A DNA stretch of 64,000 nt, taken from assembly GCA_046052125.1 (NCBI GenBank), contig JBJOMY010000005.1, positions 96,001 through 160,000 on the forward strand. Direction: 5' to 3'. This document shows positions 20,229 through 30,275 of the stretch, piece after piece. A program made the translations under genes and the position numbers. The stretch's first letter is position 1. Every line of letters begins with the position of its first letter. The notes beneath the pieces are model-generated. The model searched no databases. It had not been told where the DNA came from and saw only the letters and a program-made list of their open reading frames with translations. This DNA is from Cyanobacteriota bacterium (GTDB lineage Bacteria > Cyanobacteriota > Cyanobacteriia > PCC-6307 > Cyanobiaceae).

Positions 20229-20996
20229 TCAGAGCTTGTCGATCGAGCGCTTCAGCTCTTCCAGCTCGGCATCCACCTCCTCAACCTTCACGGGCTGAAC
20301 CGCCTCACCGGCCGCCGGCAACGCGGCTGAGGGAGCAGTACCAGCCAGCTTGCCTTTGAGCGCCGCCAGCTCGTCATCTACCTCCGGAGCACCCTCGAGG
20401 GCTGCGAACTGGCTCTCCAGATCGGCGCCCGCCAGCTCGGCTGCTGCCTGACTGCGGGCCTCAAGGGTCTGCACCTTCTCTTCCATGCGCTCAAAGGCCG
20501 CCATGGAGCTGTTGGTGCCGAGGTTGCCCACGGCGCTCTGCAGCTGCTCTTGAGCCTGAGCCGCCTGGGCCCGGGCCTTGAGCATGTCTTTTTTGGTTTT
20601 GGCCTCGGCGATCTTGCTCTCGAGCTTCACCAGGCTCTGCTTGAGCTGCTCCACCTGACCCGCCTGGCTCTGCAGTTGGGTGTTCAGCGCAGTGGCTGTG
20701 TCTTGGCAGGTCTTGCGGCGACCGAGGGCCTCCCGCGCCAAATCCTCCTCACCCTTCTTGAGGGCCAGCTCCGCCCGCTCATACCAGGTGTTGGCCTGGG
20801 CTTCGGCCTGCTCGGCCTGATTCTGAATCCGCTTCTGGCTGGCGATTGCCGTGGCCACGGCCTGGCGCAGCTTCACCAGATCCGCCTGCATATCAGCAAC
20901 GGACTGATCGAGGATCTTGGCCGGATCCTCCATGGCTCCCACCACGGCATTGGCGTTGGCACGCACCAGACGGCTCAGACGATCGAAAAAGCCCAT
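20229..20996 (-). CDS. vipp1: PspA/IM30 (Vipp1) thylakoid membrane protein
   Basis: MGFFDRLSR, EDPAKILDQ, AFERMEEKV and the extra C-terminal helix VDAELEELKRSIDKL. Confidence 0.9.
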   Translation of the reverse strand: MGFFDRLSRLVRANANAVVGAMEDPAKILDQSVADMQADLVKLRQAVATAIASQKRIQNQAEQAEAQANTWYERAELALKKGEEDLAREALGRRKTCQDTATALNTQLQSQAGQVEQLKQSLVKLESKIAEAKTKKDMLKARAQAAQAQEQLQSAVGNLGTNSSMAAFERMEEKVQTLEARSQAAAELAGADLESQFAALEGAPEVDDELAALKGKLAGTAPSAALPAAGEAVQPVKVEEVDAELEELKRSIDKL

Positions 20997-21083
20997 GGCG
21001 TAGGGAGGGGGCAGGCGCCGAGGCTAACCAGAGTGCGCGGCAACAGCACAGCGTGATTGCCGCATCTCCCGTAGCGTTGGGCG

Positions 21084-21650
21084 ATGCCAGCCGCCCCGCG
21101 CAATCAAACCCGGCGCCAGGGTGCGGTGAACCTGCTGGTGCCGCCGCCACGGCCGCCCGCCACGGGACTGCAAACCTGCCTGAATCAGCTGCAGGAGCAC
21201 TGGCGGCGCGAGGAAAACCTGGCGGCCCTCTGGCAGGCCTGGCCCCGGATTGCCGGGCCACAACTGGCTCCCCACTGCCGCCCATTGCGCTTCCAGGGCG
21301 GACGACTCGTGGTGGGCGCCAGCCATCCGCAATGGCTCCAGGCATTGCGTTTCAACAAACACATGCTGCTGGGAGCGTTGCGGGGGGCCGGGTTTTCGGT
21401 GAAAGATCTCGTGCTGCAGCAGCACCAACCCACGGCTTTGCCTCCCTTCGGCAGCGAGGAAGAGGCCCAGGTGTGGGCGCAGCATCCCAGCCGCGTCGAT
21501 GTCTTCGGCATGGCGAGCTGTCCCCACTGCCAGCGACCCGCGCCCAATGGCGAACTGCAGCGCTGGGGGCACTGCAGCTTCTGCCAGCGCGAGCGCATGG
21601 ACAACGGCGTGGCGATGGGCTCTCCCAGCGCAGCCGCCGCCGATCAATAA
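21084..21650 (+). CDS. DUF721/DciA-family protein with C-terminal Zn-ribbon
   Basis: W..IAGPQLAPHCRP...LVVGASHPQW; CPHC...CSFC. Confidence 0.8.
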   Translation: MPAAPRNQTRRQGAVNLLVPPPRPPATGLQTCLNQLQEHWRREENLAALWQAWPRIAGPQLAPHCRPLRFQGGRLVVGASHPQWLQALRFNKHMLLGALRGAGFSVKDLVLQQHQPTALPPFGSEEEAQVWAQHPSRVDVFGMASCPHCQRPAPNGELQRWGHCSFCQRERMDNGVAMGSPSAAAADQ

Positions 21651-23467
21651 CGCTCTGGCCTGGGCAGCTGCCAATCAGGCCTCGGCACACCCTGGCGCTG
21701 AAGATCAGCCGCCCAGCGATCCAGGGCCAACCGCTGCACACGCCAGAGGTTGAACAGGCCCTCGGTTGCCAACTGCTGATGAGCCAACCCGCGCCAGTGG
21801 GGCAGTAGGGCCGTGCGTTGGTCGATCACCAACAGCACGGTGCCAGCCGGCGTGGCTGCGCTGGGCAGCTGATTCCGGCGCCGCTCATGCCGGAGGCGGT
21901 CGTTGAGATTGAGCGGGCCGTTGGGCTGGATTCCCTCGTAGATCACCACCTGATCGGCATAGAAATGGAGGGAGGGCTTGAGGATGCCCACCATGGCCAG
22001 CGGTTCACCGCCGCGGCGCTCCGCCACCACCGCAGCGGCGATGCGGCGAACGGGCAGCTGGCGCAGCCGATCCCCCAGCGCCACCAGGGGCTGCAACGCC
22101 GCCACCACAAACGCCACCAGCGCCAGTTGCTGAGCGAGCAGCCAAGCCCGGCGACGGGGGCCGGCCGCGCACCAGAGCAGCAGCCCAGCCGCAGCAGCAA
22201 TGCCGAAACACACGGCTGCGCGCGTCAGCAACCCGCTGGTTAGCAGCTCGGCCGGCAGTGTGGGCAGCTCGGGTTCATTGATCAGCAACACCCAGCGGTC
22301 GGAGACAGCCAGCCCCACGGCAAAGAACGCCTGAAGGGAGAGCGTTGCCACCACCACAGCGCGGCTGCGGCGTTGAGAGGCCCTCGCCGTGAGCTGCTGG
22401 GCCGCCAGAGCCATCAGCAGCCCGGCCGCTGGCGTGGCCGGAATCCAGTAGCTGGGAAGCTTCGTGGCCGCCAGGGTGAAAAAGGCGAGCACCGCCAGCA
22501 GCCAGCAGGCGGCAAAGCGCTGCAGCGATGCAGGGGGCGCCACGGGAGTGCGCCAGGCGCGTAGGGCACTGGCCAGGCCTGCCAGCAGCAACGGGGTGAA
22601 CGGCAGCGAAGCCACCAGCAGCACGGGCACGAAAAACCACCAGGGCTGCAGGTGGTTGTTCACCACGCCTGTGAAGCGCTGCAGGTTGTGGTAGCCGAAA
22701 AAGCTCTCCACAAAGGGCTTGCCCTCCACCAGAGCCGCCAGCGCGTACCAGGGGAGTGACACCAGAGCCGTGATCCCCAGGCCTGGCCGGGGATGCACCC
22801 GGGCAGCCAGCCCCCGCAGGTCGCGCTGCCACAGGCCGAACCCGATCAGGGTGATCCCGGCCAACAACACCGCCACCGGCCCCTTCGCCAGCACAGCGCA
22901 GCCCAGCAGGATCCAGGCCAACCAGCTGCGACCGCCCCCTGCATAGACCTGCCAGAAGACCAGCAAGGCTGCTCCCAGCAGAGCATTGAGCAGGGCATCG
23001 CTCACGGAGATGCGGCTCCAGAGCAGCACCAGGGGCGAGAGGCCAAAGGCCAGGGCGGCACTGATCGCGGTGATCCCCTGCTGTGAGAGCGCAGGCCAGC
23101 GATCACCAGCAAGGGGCTGGGGCCAGCGCAGCAGCGTGGCCGCCAACGCCAACATCAGGGCGAGAGAGCTGAGGGCCGAAGGCAGACAGGCCGCCCAGGT
23201 GCCCAGTGGATCCCACTGCTGCTGACCAGGGAGCGCGTACAGCAGCCCCATCAGCCAGTACACCAGCGGTGGCTTGTCGTACCGGGGCAGTCCATTCACC
23301 CGGGGAATGAGCCAATCCCCCGTGTGGGCCATCGCCCGGGCCGATGCGGCAAACAGCGGCGGGGTTTCATCCACCAGCCCCGTGCTGCCCAACCGCCACA
23401 CGAACAGCAGCAGCCCGCAGACCAGCACGGTGAGCAGCACCAGCGGCCACACGAACCTGCGCGACAC
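21644..23467 (-). CDS. ArnT/PMT-like membrane glycosyltransferase (GT39/GT83)
   Basis: DETPPLFA, GDWLIP...RYDKPPLVYW, LAKGPVA, TKLPSY; many TMs. Confidence 0.88.
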   Translation of the reverse strand: MSRRFVWPLVLLTVLVCGLLLFVWRLGSTGLVDETPPLFAASARAMAHTGDWLIPRVNGLPRYDKPPLVYWLMGLLYALPGQQQWDPLGTWAACLPSALSSLALMLALAATLLRWPQPLAGDRWPALSQQGITAISAALAFGLSPLVLLWSRISVSDALLNALLGAALLVFWQVYAGGGRSWLAWILLGCAVLAKGPVAVLLAGITLIGFGLWQRDLRGLAARVHPRPGLGITALVSLPWYALAALVEGKPFVESFFGYHNLQRFTGVVNNHLQPWWFFVPVLLVASLPFTPLLLAGLASALRAWRTPVAPPASLQRFAACWLLAVLAFFTLAATKLPSYWIPATPAAGLLMALAAQQLTARASQRRSRAVVVATLSLQAFFAVGLAVSDRWVLLINEPELPTLPAELLTSGLLTRAAVCFGIAAAAGLLLWCAAGPRRRAWLLAQQLALVAFVVAALQPLVALGDRLRQLPVRRIAAAVVAERRGGEPLAMVGILKPSLHFYADQVVIYEGIQPNGPLNLNDRLRHERRRNQLPSAATPAGTVLLVIDQRTALLPHWRGLAHQQLATEGLFNLWRVQRLALDRWAADLQRQGVPRPDWQLPRPERY

Positions 23468-23500
23468 CAGGGCGAGCTGCGTCAGGCTCGAACTTATCGC

Positions 23501-24577
23501 CTACGCCTGCAAAGCCTGATTCACCCAGGCCTCGATCCGCTCCGCCAGCACCGCCCTGGAGGCATGGCTCTCCACCCAGCGGCGGCACTGCGAACGCTCG
23601 ATCGCCCTCACCTGAGCCACGGCCTCGGCCAGGGCTTCCACGTCATCGGGGGGGACCAGCACACCCGTGAGGCCTGACTGCACCAGCTCAGCGGGCCCAC
23701 CGCGCCGGTAGGCGAGCACCGGCACACCGCAGGCCATGGCTTCCACCACCACGTTGCCGTAAGCCTCATTCCACTTCGGCGTGTTCAGCAGCGCCAGGCA
23801 AGAACCCAGCTGCGCCTGGAGCTGATCGGTGGGCAAAAAACCCTTCCATTGCAGGGTTCCGGCAGGCACCGAGGCCTCCACCGCAGCGGCATAGGCGGGA
23901 TCTTCCACCAACCCCCAGATCGCCAGCGGCAGGCCAGTGCGGGCCGCCGCGGCCGCTGCATCCTCCAGGCCCTTTTCCGGTGCCACCCGGCCCACCCAGC
24001 CCAACAACTCCTGGGGCTCACCGCAAAACCGATAGGCGCCCAGATCGAATCCATTGCCCACGAGCACAGGCGGCTGGGGCAGGGCGAAATCAGCGGCCTG
24101 AGAAGCGGTGTGAAAGGCCAGCCGGCGTTGATCCCAGGCCGCCACATCGGCAATCACGGCATCCATCGCCGACGTCACCGAACCCATGCTCACCAAGTGC
24201 AGGATCGGCAGTGGTGCTGTGGGGGTGAGCCAAAAAGGCAGCCAGTCGTAGCCGAGGTTGAGCACCGCATCGAAGCCGGCAGCAGGGGCCTCAGCCAGCA
24301 CGCGCCGCCAGAAACGGGCCAGCAGCCCATCGGCCGGCATGGTGACGAGAGCCTCACGGCCCTGGTGCTGCACGCTGGGCTGCGGTTCACCACTGCAGCT
24401 CCACAGCTGAGCGGCAGCACAATCCGCCGGCAACTGCGAGCCCTCGGCGGCCAGCACCGCCAACTGATGCCCCCGCTGCTGCAAGCCCGCCACCAGTCCG
24501 GCCAGGGTGAGCTCCACCCCGCCGCCGCGGCCACTCCCCAAGGGCCCAAGCGCCGTGGCCACCACCAGCAGCTTCAC
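23501..24577 (-). CDS. Glycosyltransferase family 4
   Basis: GGGVEL, GRVAPEKG, EAYGNVVVEAMACGVPV; GTGA overlap with the upstream EamA gene. Confidence 0.9.
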   Translation of the reverse strand: MKLLVVATALGPLGSGRGGGVELTLAGLVAGLQQRGHQLAVLAAEGSQLPADCAAAQLWSCSGEPQPSVQHQGREALVTMPADGLLARFWRRVLAEAPAAGFDAVLNLGYDWLPFWLTPTAPLPILHLVSMGSVTSAMDAVIADVAAWDQRRLAFHTASQAADFALPQPPVLVGNGFDLGAYRFCGEPQELLGWVGRVAPEKGLEDAAAAAARTGLPLAIWGLVEDPAYAAAVEASVPAGTLQWKGFLPTDQLQAQLGSCLALLNTPKWNEAYGNVVVEAMACGVPVLAYRRGGPAELVQSGLTGVLVPPDDVEALAEAVAQVRAIERSQCRRWVESHASRAVLAERIEAWVNQALQA

Positions 24578-25512
24578 GACACCAACTCCGCTTGCACCGG
24601 CTGCCAGAGCAGCGAGCGGCGATTGATCAACAGCACACTCACCAGGGCCAGAACAGCACCAACCCACTGCAGCGGCTGTAGCTGCTCCTGGAGCCACACA
24701 ACCCCGCAGAGCAGGGCAAAGACCGGGGTGAGGAAGGTGAGCGAGGTGAAGCTGGTGAGATCGCCATGGTTGGCGAACCAGAAGAACAGTCCGTAGGCCA
24801 GGGCGCTGCCCAACAGCGCCGCATAGGCCATCAAGCCCCACTCCACGGGGGTCCAGGCCGGCACGAGGGGCTGGGACACCAGCGCAGAACCGGCCAACAG
24901 GGGCAAGCCGCCCAACACCATGTGCCACCCGGTCACCGCCACCGGATCGCTATGGCGGCAGGCGAAGCGACTGATCACTGTGCCGAGGGCCATGGCCAGG
25001 GCGGCCGCCAGCATCCACAGCTCGCCATGGCTCCAGGCCTGAACATCCAGGACCTTGGGACCCATCAGCCACCAATGGTTGAGCAGGGGGGCCGGCAGCC
25101 CGAGGCAGAGGATGCCGAGCAGGCCAATCAGCAGGCCCAACCAGCCCACGGGATTGATCGCCTCGCCAAACAGGCTGCGCGCCAGCAGCGCCACCAGCAA
25201 CGGCTGTGAATCGATCAGCACCGAACCCAGGCCCGCGCCGGTACCCACGAGGCCACGGGCCAGCAGCGACTGAAAGGCAGTGGCATCCACCAGGGTGAAG
25301 AGCAGCAACCACCCCCAATCCCGGCGATCCACACCGCTGCTGCCCCGCCACAAACGAGCGCCGGCCAGCAACACCAAGCCTGCCGGCAGCAGGCGCATCC
25401 AGGCCAGGGTGAGGGGGCCGGCTTCCTGCAGCAGCGGCTTCATTGCCGCCATGGCCGTCCCCCACAGCGCGAAAGGGAGAAGCATCAGCAGCCAGCGCAC
25501 CTTCACCAGCAC
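24574..25512 (-). CDS. DMT/EamA family transporter
   Basis: Two EamA repeats; LWGTAM, DSQPLLVAL, FLTPVFALL. Confidence 0.9.
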   Translation of the reverse strand: MLVKVRWLLMLLPFALWGTAMAAMKPLLQEAGPLTLAWMRLLPAGLVLLAGARLWRGSSGVDRRDWGWLLLFTLVDATAFQSLLARGLVGTGAGLGSVLIDSQPLLVALLARSLFGEAINPVGWLGLLIGLLGILCLGLPAPLLNHWWLMGPKVLDVQAWSHGELWMLAAALAMALGTVISRFACRHSDPVAVTGWHMVLGGLPLLAGSALVSQPLVPAWTPVEWGLMAYAALLGSALAYGLFFWFANHGDLTSFTSLTFLTPVFALLCGVVWLQEQLQPLQWVGAVLALVSVLLINRRSLLWQPVQAELVS

Positions 25513-25562
25513 AAGCTGCCTAGTGGCTCCTTTTTAAGATCCAGCCACTGCACACCGCCTCG

Positions 25563-26375
25563 ATGGTCTGGCCCTGGCGCCGAAAGTCCCGCCGCAAACT
25601 GGCGCGGATCGCGATTGAAGGGGCGATTGCGTCCGGCACGCGCGAGCGGGTGCTGAAGGCACTCCGGGAGGTGGAGAAGCGGGAATTCCCTGCGCTACTG
25701 CTGCGCATCGACAGCCCCGGCGGCACCGTGGGCGACAGCCAGGAGATTCACGCTGCGATCCGGCGCCTAAGGGAGAAGGGCTGCCGCGTGGTGGCCAGCT
25801 TCGGCAACATCTCCGCCTCTGGCGGCGTGTATGTGGGCGTGGCGGCCGAAAAGATCGTGGCCAACGCCGGCTCGATCACCGGATCGATCGGCGTGATCCT
25901 CCGGGGCAACAACCTCTCGCGGCTGCTGGAGCGGATCGGCATCCAGTTCGAAACTGTGAAGAGTGGCCTCTACAAGGACATCCTCTCGCCGGACCGCGCC
26001 CTCACGGGAGCAGAACGCCAGCTGCTCCAGGAGCTGATCGATTCCAGCTACGGCCAGTTCGTGAGCGCCGTGGCTGAGGGCCGGGGTCTCGAGGAAAGCA
26101 GCGTGCGCCTGTTCGCTGATGGGCGGGTGTTCAGCGGCGCCCAGGCTCTGGAGCTGGGGCTGGTGGATCAGCTGGGCGATGAGGAAAGCGCCCGGCGCCT
26201 GGCCTGCGAACTGGCCGATCTGGATGTGGAGAAAACCCGGCCGGTGAGTTTCGGGCAGCCCAACAAGCGCTTTGCCGGCCTAATCCCTGGTCGCAATCTG
26301 TTTGGACGGCTCTTCGACGCCCTCAACCAGGAGCTGGCCTGGAGTGGCCAGCCCCTCTGGCTGCACCGCCCATGA
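25563..26375 (+). CDS. sppA: Signal peptide peptidase SppA (36K type)
   Basis: RIDSPGGTV, SASGGVY, TGSIGVI, KSGLYKD, ADGRVFSG. Confidence 0.94.
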   Translation: MVWPWRRKSRRKLARIAIEGAIASGTRERVLKALREVEKREFPALLLRIDSPGGTVGDSQEIHAAIRRLREKGCRVVASFGNISASGGVYVGVAAEKIVANAGSITGSIGVILRGNNLSRLLERIGIQFETVKSGLYKDILSPDRALTGAERQLLQELIDSSYGQFVSAVAEGRGLEESSVRLFADGRVFSGAQALELGLVDQLGDEESARRLACELADLDVEKTRPVSFGQPNKRFAGLIPGRNLFGRLFDALNQELAWSGQPLWLHRP

Positions 26376-26746
26376 GCAACGCCTCCCAGCTGCGGGCCCT
26401 GCGCGGCGCCACCACCGCCACCGCCAACACCACCGAGGCGATCAGCGAAGCCGTGGCCGAGCTCCTGGATGCGCTTGTGGAGCGCAACAGCCTCGAGGGC
26501 AGCCAGCTGTTGTCGGTCACGTTCTCGGTTACAGCCGACCTCGATGCCTGCTTCCCCGCCGCCATCGCCAGGCGCCGCCCGGGCTGGGATGGGGTCGCCC
26601 TTCTCGATTGCCAACAGATGGCCGTGAGCGGCGATCTGCCCCGCTGCATCCGACTGCTGGCCCATGCCTGGCTAGAGAGCGATCGGCCGGTGCGGCATGC
26701 CTACTTGCGCGAAGCCGCTCGGCTGAGGCCGGATCTGGCCAACTGA
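26372..26746 (+). CDS. aroH: Chorismate mutase, AroH class
   Basis: RALRGATT, FSVTADLDACFPA, LPRCIR, HAYLREAARLRPD. Confidence 0.95.
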   Translation: MSNASQLRALRGATTATANTTEAISEAVAELLDALVERNSLEGSQLLSVTFSVTADLDACFPAAIARRRPGWDGVALLDCQQMAVSGDLPRCIRLLAHAWLESDRPVRHAYLREAARLRPDLAN

Positions 26747-26855
26747 GTTGCATCTGGTCACAGCTTCCAGCCCCAGGGCCGGCACCCCTGTGATCCCTGC
26801 AACCAGCCCCTGCCGCCAAGAATGGTGGGCACTAACCCTTTGCCAGATCCCACCC

Positions 26856-27449
26856 ATGGCTGGTTTTCGCACTGTCGTCACCGGCACGGCTCTGGCAGCC
26901 GCCCTGGGCCTGGCCGGCACCGCTGCTGCCCTTGTGCCGATGCTCAGTCCCTCGCCGGTGAAGGCGCAGGGCACACCAGGGCTTGTGGAGTTCCGCTGGG
27001 ATTCCAGCAAGGACTACCGCAAGCTCTACTTCTTCATGACCGACACCCAGCGCTTGAAGCGCTCGGAGTACTACCTGATTCTCAAACCGAAGGACCGCAA
27101 GACCGCGATCCTCAAGCTCACCGTGGGCATTCCCAAGAGCTTTGACGTTCAGATCAATCCGAAGTTCGTCAAGCTCTGCTACATGAAGGAGGGCGGCATG
27201 CTCGCCCGGACCCGCTGCGAGAAGGACATCCCCGGCACGGTGGAAGTGGCGGCCGATGCCACCGCGATCGAGATCTTCCCGGACACCCCCGTGCCGGTGG
27301 GCAAGACCATCGGGGTGTACATCAACCTGTTCAATCCCTTCAACGCGGGCATGTATCAGTTCAATGCCCTGGCCCAGGCTCCGGGCGATGTGCCCGTGTC
27401 GGGCTATCTCGGCAGCTGGCTGATCCAGATCGATCCCCCCAGCAACTGA
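26856..27449 (+). CDS. DUF2808 family secreted cyanobacterial protein
   Basis: Signal peptide; NP..GMYQFNA...YLGSW C-terminus; upstream of rpmH. Confidence 0.75.
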   Translation: MAGFRTVVTGTALAAALGLAGTAAALVPMLSPSPVKAQGTPGLVEFRWDSSKDYRKLYFFMTDTQRLKRSEYYLILKPKDRKTAILKLTVGIPKSFDVQINPKFVKLCYMKEGGMLARTRCEKDIPGTVEVAADATAIEIFPDTPVPVGKTIGVYINLFNPFNAGMYQFNALAQAPGDVPVSGYLGSWLIQIDPPSN

Positions 27450-27507
27450 CCAGACACGGGCTGGTAGGTTGGGCCATCGACGTTGAAGGCGAAGCCGAGC
27501 CGGAACC

Positions 27508-27645
27508 ATGACCAAGCGCACCCTTGAAGGAACCAGCCGCAAGCGCAAGCGTGTTTCCGGATTCCGCGTTCGCATGCGCAGCCACACCGGTCGCCGCGTG
27601 ATCCGCTCCCGCCGCAAGCGCGGCCGGGCCCGCCTGGCTGTCTGA
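27508..27645 (+). CDS. rpmH: 50S ribosomal protein L34
   Basis: Manual translation [45 protein letters not shown]; below the ORF-track size cutoff. Confidence 0.97.
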   Translation: MTKRTLEGTSRKRKRVSGFRVRMRSHTGRRVIRSRRKRGRARLAV

Positions 27646-27688
27646 CGCCTAACCAGCCCCACTCACCGCCCCCGCCAGCCCGTTTCCG

Positions 27689-28078
27689 ATGGTTCTTTCC
27701 CGGGAACACAGGCTGCGGGGGCGGTTTGTGTTTGATCGCCTCTATCAGAAGGGTCAGCGCCATCACGGCAAATTGATGGTTCTTCGCAGCCTTCCAGCCC
27801 AGCCGGAGCTGCTCAAGCCCGATCCCCGCGATCCCAACCCGCTCAGCTGCAGGCTTGGGGTGGTGGTGAGCAACAAGGTGAGCAAGCGCTCGGTGCGGCG
27901 CAATCAGCTGCGCCGCCTGCTGCATGGGCAGCTCAGCGCCATCGTGCGATCCATGCCCGATCAGGCGATGGGGCGCTGGCTGCTGATCTCCCTCAAACCC
28001 GGCAGCGCCGAAGCCACGGATCAGGCTCTGCTGGGAGAATGTTTCGAACTCCTCGCCAAGGCAGGTTTACGCCCATGA
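27689..28078 (+). CDS. rnpA: Ribonuclease P protein component
   Basis: RLGVVVSNKVSKRSVRRNQLRR; follows rpmH. Confidence 0.93.
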   Translation: MVLSREHRLRGRFVFDRLYQKGQRHHGKLMVLRSLPAQPELLKPDPRDPNPLSCRLGVVVSNKVSKRSVRRNQLRRLLHGQLSAIVRSMPDQAMGRWLLISLKPGSAEATDQALLGECFELLAKAGLRP

Positions 28079-28527
28079 GTGGTGCGCCACAAACGCCTCC
28101 GGTGGCCCCCGGAGCCAGCATCAACGAAGACGTCTTCTATGCAGGCGGCCCGGCCAAGGGTGACCTGATCACTAACCTGCTGTTCGGCCTCACGCTGATC
28201 GGCATCCCGTTTGCGGTGGGAGCGATCGTGCGGGCCCTGTGGCTGCGCTTCCGCATCACCAGCCGGCGCGTTGAGGTGAGCGGTGGCTGGCTCGGCCGCG
28301 ATCGCAGCCAGGTGGTGTACAGCCAGATCCGCGAGGTGCGCTCCGTGGCCCGCGGCTTGGGCTTCTGGGGCGACATGGTGTTGGTGCTCAGCGATGGCAT
28401 GAAGCTCGAGATGCGCGCCGTGCCTCGCTACAAGGAGGCTGAAGCCTTCATCCGCGAGCGGATCAAGGCCAGCCCGGCCGCCAAGGCCAGCACGAAATCC
28501 GGCTTCAACAACAACGCGGCGGCCTGA
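28075..28527 (+). CDS. Bacterial PH-domain (bPH_2) membrane protein
   Basis: FYAGGPAKGDL, RFRITSRRV, WGDMVLVL; between rnpA and yidC. Confidence 0.8.
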   Translation: MSGAPQTPPVAPGASINEDVFYAGGPAKGDLITNLLFGLTLIGIPFAVGAIVRALWLRFRITSRRVEVSGGWLGRDRSQVVYSQIREVRSVARGLGFWGDMVLVLSDGMKLEMRAVPRYKEAEAFIRERIKASPAAKASTKSGFNNNAAA

Positions 28528-28582
28528 GCCATCCGCCTGACACACTGGCTCCACTTCCCTTCTCCCCGGACCTGCACACGCC

Positions 28583-29719
28583 GTGATCGGCTACATCTCC
28601 GACAACCTGCTGCTGCCGATCCTCGATTTCTTCTACGGATTGGTGCCGAGCTACGGCCTGGCGATCATTGCCCTCACGGTGGTGATTCGCCTGGCACTGT
28701 TCCCGCTCAGTGCCGGCTCCATCCGCAGTGCCCGCCGCATGCGCATCGCCCAGCCGGTGATGCAGAAGAGGCAGGCTGAAATCAAGGCGAAATACGCCAA
28801 CAACCCCCAAAAGCAGCAGGAGGAGCTGGGGTCGTTGATGAAGGAGTTCGGCAGCCCCCTCTCGGGCTGTCTGCCCCTGCTGGTGCAGATGCCGATCCTG
28901 TTTGCGCTGTTCGCCACCCTGCGCGGATCACCGTTCGCGGATGTGCCCTACACCCTCAACCTGAAGGTGTTGCCGGCCGAGCAGATTGCCGCCGTTGAAC
29001 CCAAGCCGTTCAACAGCGCCAGCCACTCCATCTTCGTGACCGCCACCAACCACGTGCCGGTGGTGGCCAGCCTTGAAAAGGGCACCAAGCTGGGCGTGGG
29101 CGACACCGAGACGGTGAGCCTGCACACCAAAGACGGCGCCAGCTTTGCCTCGGTGCTCAGCGGCGTGGAGAACGGAAGCGCTTTCACCCCCACCTGGAGC
29201 GTCACCAAGGGTGAAGGCCTGGTGAGCGTGGATCAGAACGGCACCATCCACGCCATCGCCCCCGGCGATGTGACCGTGGAAGCCAAGATCCCTGGCCTGG
29301 CCGCCCGCTCTGGCTTCCTGTTCATCAAGGCCCTGGGCCAGGTGGGCTTCTACACCGATGGCGCCATCAACTGGGACATCGCCATCCTGGTGGCCGCCTT
29401 CGGCGCCAGCCTGTTCGCAAGCCAGATCCTCTCGGGCATGGGCATGCCCGCCAACCCGCAGCAGGCCACAGCCAACAAGATCACGCCCGTGATGATCACC
29501 GGCATGTTCCTGTTCTTCCCGCTCCCGGCTGGCGTGCTGCTTTACATGGTGGTGGCCAACATCTTCCAGGCCACGCAGACCTTCCTGCTCACCCGCGAAG
29601 CTCTGCCCGACAACCTGCAGGCGATCCTCGACCAGCAGCTGGCCGCTGAGGCCAAAACCGTCACCGCCACCGTGAGCGGCAGTGAGCGCATGCCCTTTGA
29701 ACCGAAGGGCAAGAAGTGA
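28583..29719 (+). CDS. yidC: Membrane protein insertase YidC/Alb3
   Basis: [32 protein letters not shown]. Confidence 0.96.
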   Translation: MIGYISDNLLLPILDFFYGLVPSYGLAIIALTVVIRLALFPLSAGSIRSARRMRIAQPVMQKRQAEIKAKYANNPQKQQEELGSLMKEFGSPLSGCLPLLVQMPILFALFATLRGSPFADVPYTLNLKVLPAEQIAAVEPKPFNSASHSIFVTATNHVPVVASLEKGTKLGVGDTETVSLHTKDGASFASVLSGVENGSAFTPTWSVTKGEGLVSVDQNGTIHAIAPGDVTVEAKIPGLAARSGFLFIKALGQVGFYTDGAINWDIAILVAAFGASLFASQILSGMGMPANPQQATANKITPVMITGMFLFFPLPAGVLLYMVVANIFQATQTFLLTREALPDNLQAILDQQLAAEAKTVTATVSGSERMPFEPKGKK

Positions 29720-29723
29720 GTCG

Positions 29724-30275
29724 ATGAGCCAGGCCCTGCCGCAACCCGCCGGAGACCCTCTGCAGCCGGTTCCATTGCAGGAGCTGCGTCTTCTGGCTGA
29801 AGGGCGCCACTGGCAGGTGGATCAAACACTCAAAGAGCTCGAAAGCCTCACCCCGGTTCGGGGTGAGCTCACTGCCGTGCATCGCGGCAACATCCTTGAG
29901 CTCAGCGGCGAAGCCAGCACGATCGTCACCCTCCGCTGCGACCGCTGCCTCCAGCACTTCAACCATCCCTTGAGCTTCCGCCATCAGGAAGTGGTTTGGC
30001 TCGGTGATCAGGCCCGCCTCGAGGGCATCGAAGCCGAGGTGGTGATGGAGGGCGGCAGCGAAGTGCTGGAACTTGATCCTGATGGACTGAGCGAAAGTAT
30101 CGATCCCAGCGGCGAGTTCGATCCCGAACACTGGTTGTTTGAGCAACTCAGCCTGCAACTACCCCTGGTGAACCGCTGCGGCCGCGACTGCCCGGGCCCC
30201 GATCTTCAGCCCCGCGCAGAGCCGCCTGAACCGATCGATCCACGCTGGGCAGCTCTCAAAAAACTGCAGCCATGA
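29724..30275 (+). CDS. YceD/DUF177 family protein
   Basis: CDRCL, LQLPLVNRCGRDCPG, DPRWAALKKL. Confidence 0.9.
   Translation: MSQALPQPAGDPLQPVPLQELRLLAEGRHWQVDQTLKELESLTPVRGELTAVHRGNILELSGEASTIVTLRCDRCLQHFNHPLSFRHQEVVWLGDQARLEGIEAEVVMEGGSEVLELDPDGLSESIDPSGEFDPEHWLFEQLSLQLPLVNRCGRDCPGPDLQPRAEPPEPIDPRWAALKKLQP

Noticed and set aside
23501..24928. 475-aa version of the GT4 ORF
   Set aside because: The extension overlaps the EamA gene in another frame; a GTGA-coupled start at 24577 fits better.
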